Virus record (IMG/VR): IMGVR_UViG_3300037601_000136
Coordinates: 1-25,646 of that record
From: a virus
Taxonomy: Duplodnaviria > Caudoviricetes
Strand: one strand, 5' to 3'
DNA length: 25,646 nt
Shown: positions 24,967 to 25,646 of the stretch, in pieces
Position numbering within the stretch: the first letter of the stretch is position 1
How the letters are laid out: every line of letters begins with the position of its first letter
Program-made: the position numbers and the translations under genes
Notes under the pieces: model-generated
Database searches by the model: none
What the model was told of the DNA's origin: nothing
Seen by the model: the letters and a program-made list of their open reading frames with translations, nothing else

Positions 24967-25122
24967 GCTGCGGCGGCGCTGAAAGTAGAAGCGCAGGTCA
25001 CGGGGAACGGGCTGCTGAGTCTAGCATAGATGACCCCAGAATGCCCAAGGTGGTTCAACTCCACCCCTGCAAGACAGATTGCAAACTGAGCTTGTCGTCA
25101 GAGTAACGCCTGACCCGCAGCA
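24967..25122 (+). ncRNA. tRNA-like non-coding RNA with a nested second T-arm domain (not a canonical tRNA)
   Basis: 7-bp terminal stem GCTGCGG/CCGCAGC plus A; D-arm-like GCGCT-GAAAGTAGA-AGCGC; T-arm-like GTCAG-AGTAACGC-CTGAC; internal canonical-looking T arm GGTGG-TTCAACT-CCACC. Confidence 0.65.
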
Positions 25123-25164
25123 CTTCCCACCCGAACAGCCAAACCATCTCTACACCATCACAGG

Positions 25165-25350
25165 TTAGGGGTCATACTGCCGGAAATCGTCAAACAGGGC
25201 GCAGCTCTGCCAACCCATAGTGTCGCGTTCCTGCTTCAATGGAGCCTGCACAGCCGTACAAGTCCCATTGCTTGATGTGTTTCGAGCCTGACCGTCTCGC
25301 GGAATCCACCAGTAACACATCGCGCAGAGAGGCTTTTTCTTCTTTCTCAT
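25165..25350 (-). CDS. Small Cys-rich phage protein (61 aa)
   Basis: ATG 25350 with an AGGAG RBS, inside ORF 25165..25443. CAMC..W...G.C...C..F pattern. Confidence 0.65.
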   Translation of the reverse strand: MRKKKKPLCAMCYWWIPRDGQARNTSSNGTCTAVQAPLKQERDTMGWQSCALFDDFRQYDP

Positions 25351-25376
25351 CTCTTCTCCTATCCTTGCTTGTGGGG

Positions 25377-25646
25377 TTAGCGATTCCACTCGGCTTGAAT
25401 TTCCCGCCATTCGCTTTGACGCAAGAGCGGGCCACGCGTACACTCAGTTCCAGGTAACAGCGTCACCTTTTTAACTTCGCCGGTGTCTCTGTCGCGCCAA
25501 AGCTGCCGCACAACTCCGTCACGCTGAGCGTATCCATCAGCGACAGTGACGCCAGCTAAGGTACATTTGATCGAGTAGACCTGCACTGTCGGGTCCATGT
25601 TGCACCCCGCCAAGGTCATCACACTGAACAGCCAAATTATTCTCAT
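25377..25646 (-). CDS. Putative lipoprotein
   Basis: MRIIWLFSVMTLAGC signal peptide with LAGC lipobox and two more Cys in the mature part. The start is at the window edge, so the RBS is not visible. Confidence 0.65.
   Translation of the reverse strand: MRIIWLFSVMTLAGCNMDPTVQVYSIKCTLAGVTVADGYAQRDGVVRQLWRDRDTGEVKKVTLLPGTECTRGPLLRQSEWREIQAEWNR

Noticed and set aside
25013-25030. Amber-suppressor (CUA) anticodon in the tRNA-like RNA
   Set aside because: The CTA lies partly or wholly within predicted stems, not centred in a 7-nt loop, so it does not support a link to amber readthrough.

Overview
This window is the late (morphogenesis and lysis) region of a podovirus-type tailed phage or prophage, almost all on the + strand. 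The host is probably alphaproteobacterial, which is an inference from the IS type, promoter style and endolysin architecture. The left edge holds the 5' end of an IS1595-family insertion sequence on the - strand. A structure-rich leader region with small hypothetical genes and an XRE HTH gene follows. The core order is TerS, TerL, P22-like portal, scaffold, N4-gp56-like major capsid, decoration protein, adaptor, tail fibre genes, a PLA2-like gene, tail nozzle, HNH endonuclease, three DNA-ejection proteins, membrane proteins, GH24 endolysin, overlapping spanins and an intrinsic terminator. Two convergent - strand genes end the window. The most unusual signals are non-coding. (i) A ~155-nt tRNA-like RNA (24967-25122) has a second tRNA-like T-arm domain nested inside it and its own predicted sigma70-type promoter, and its 3' tail is complementary to the upstream terminator region. 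(ii) Three multi-stem RNA junctions lie at 166-762, two of them with exposed anti-Shine-Dalgarno loops. (iii) A shared GCGTYA-loop hairpin motif lies upstream of both the scaffold and capsid genes, with a pseudoknot before the capsid gene. All protein calls come from motif recognition and synteny, not database searches.
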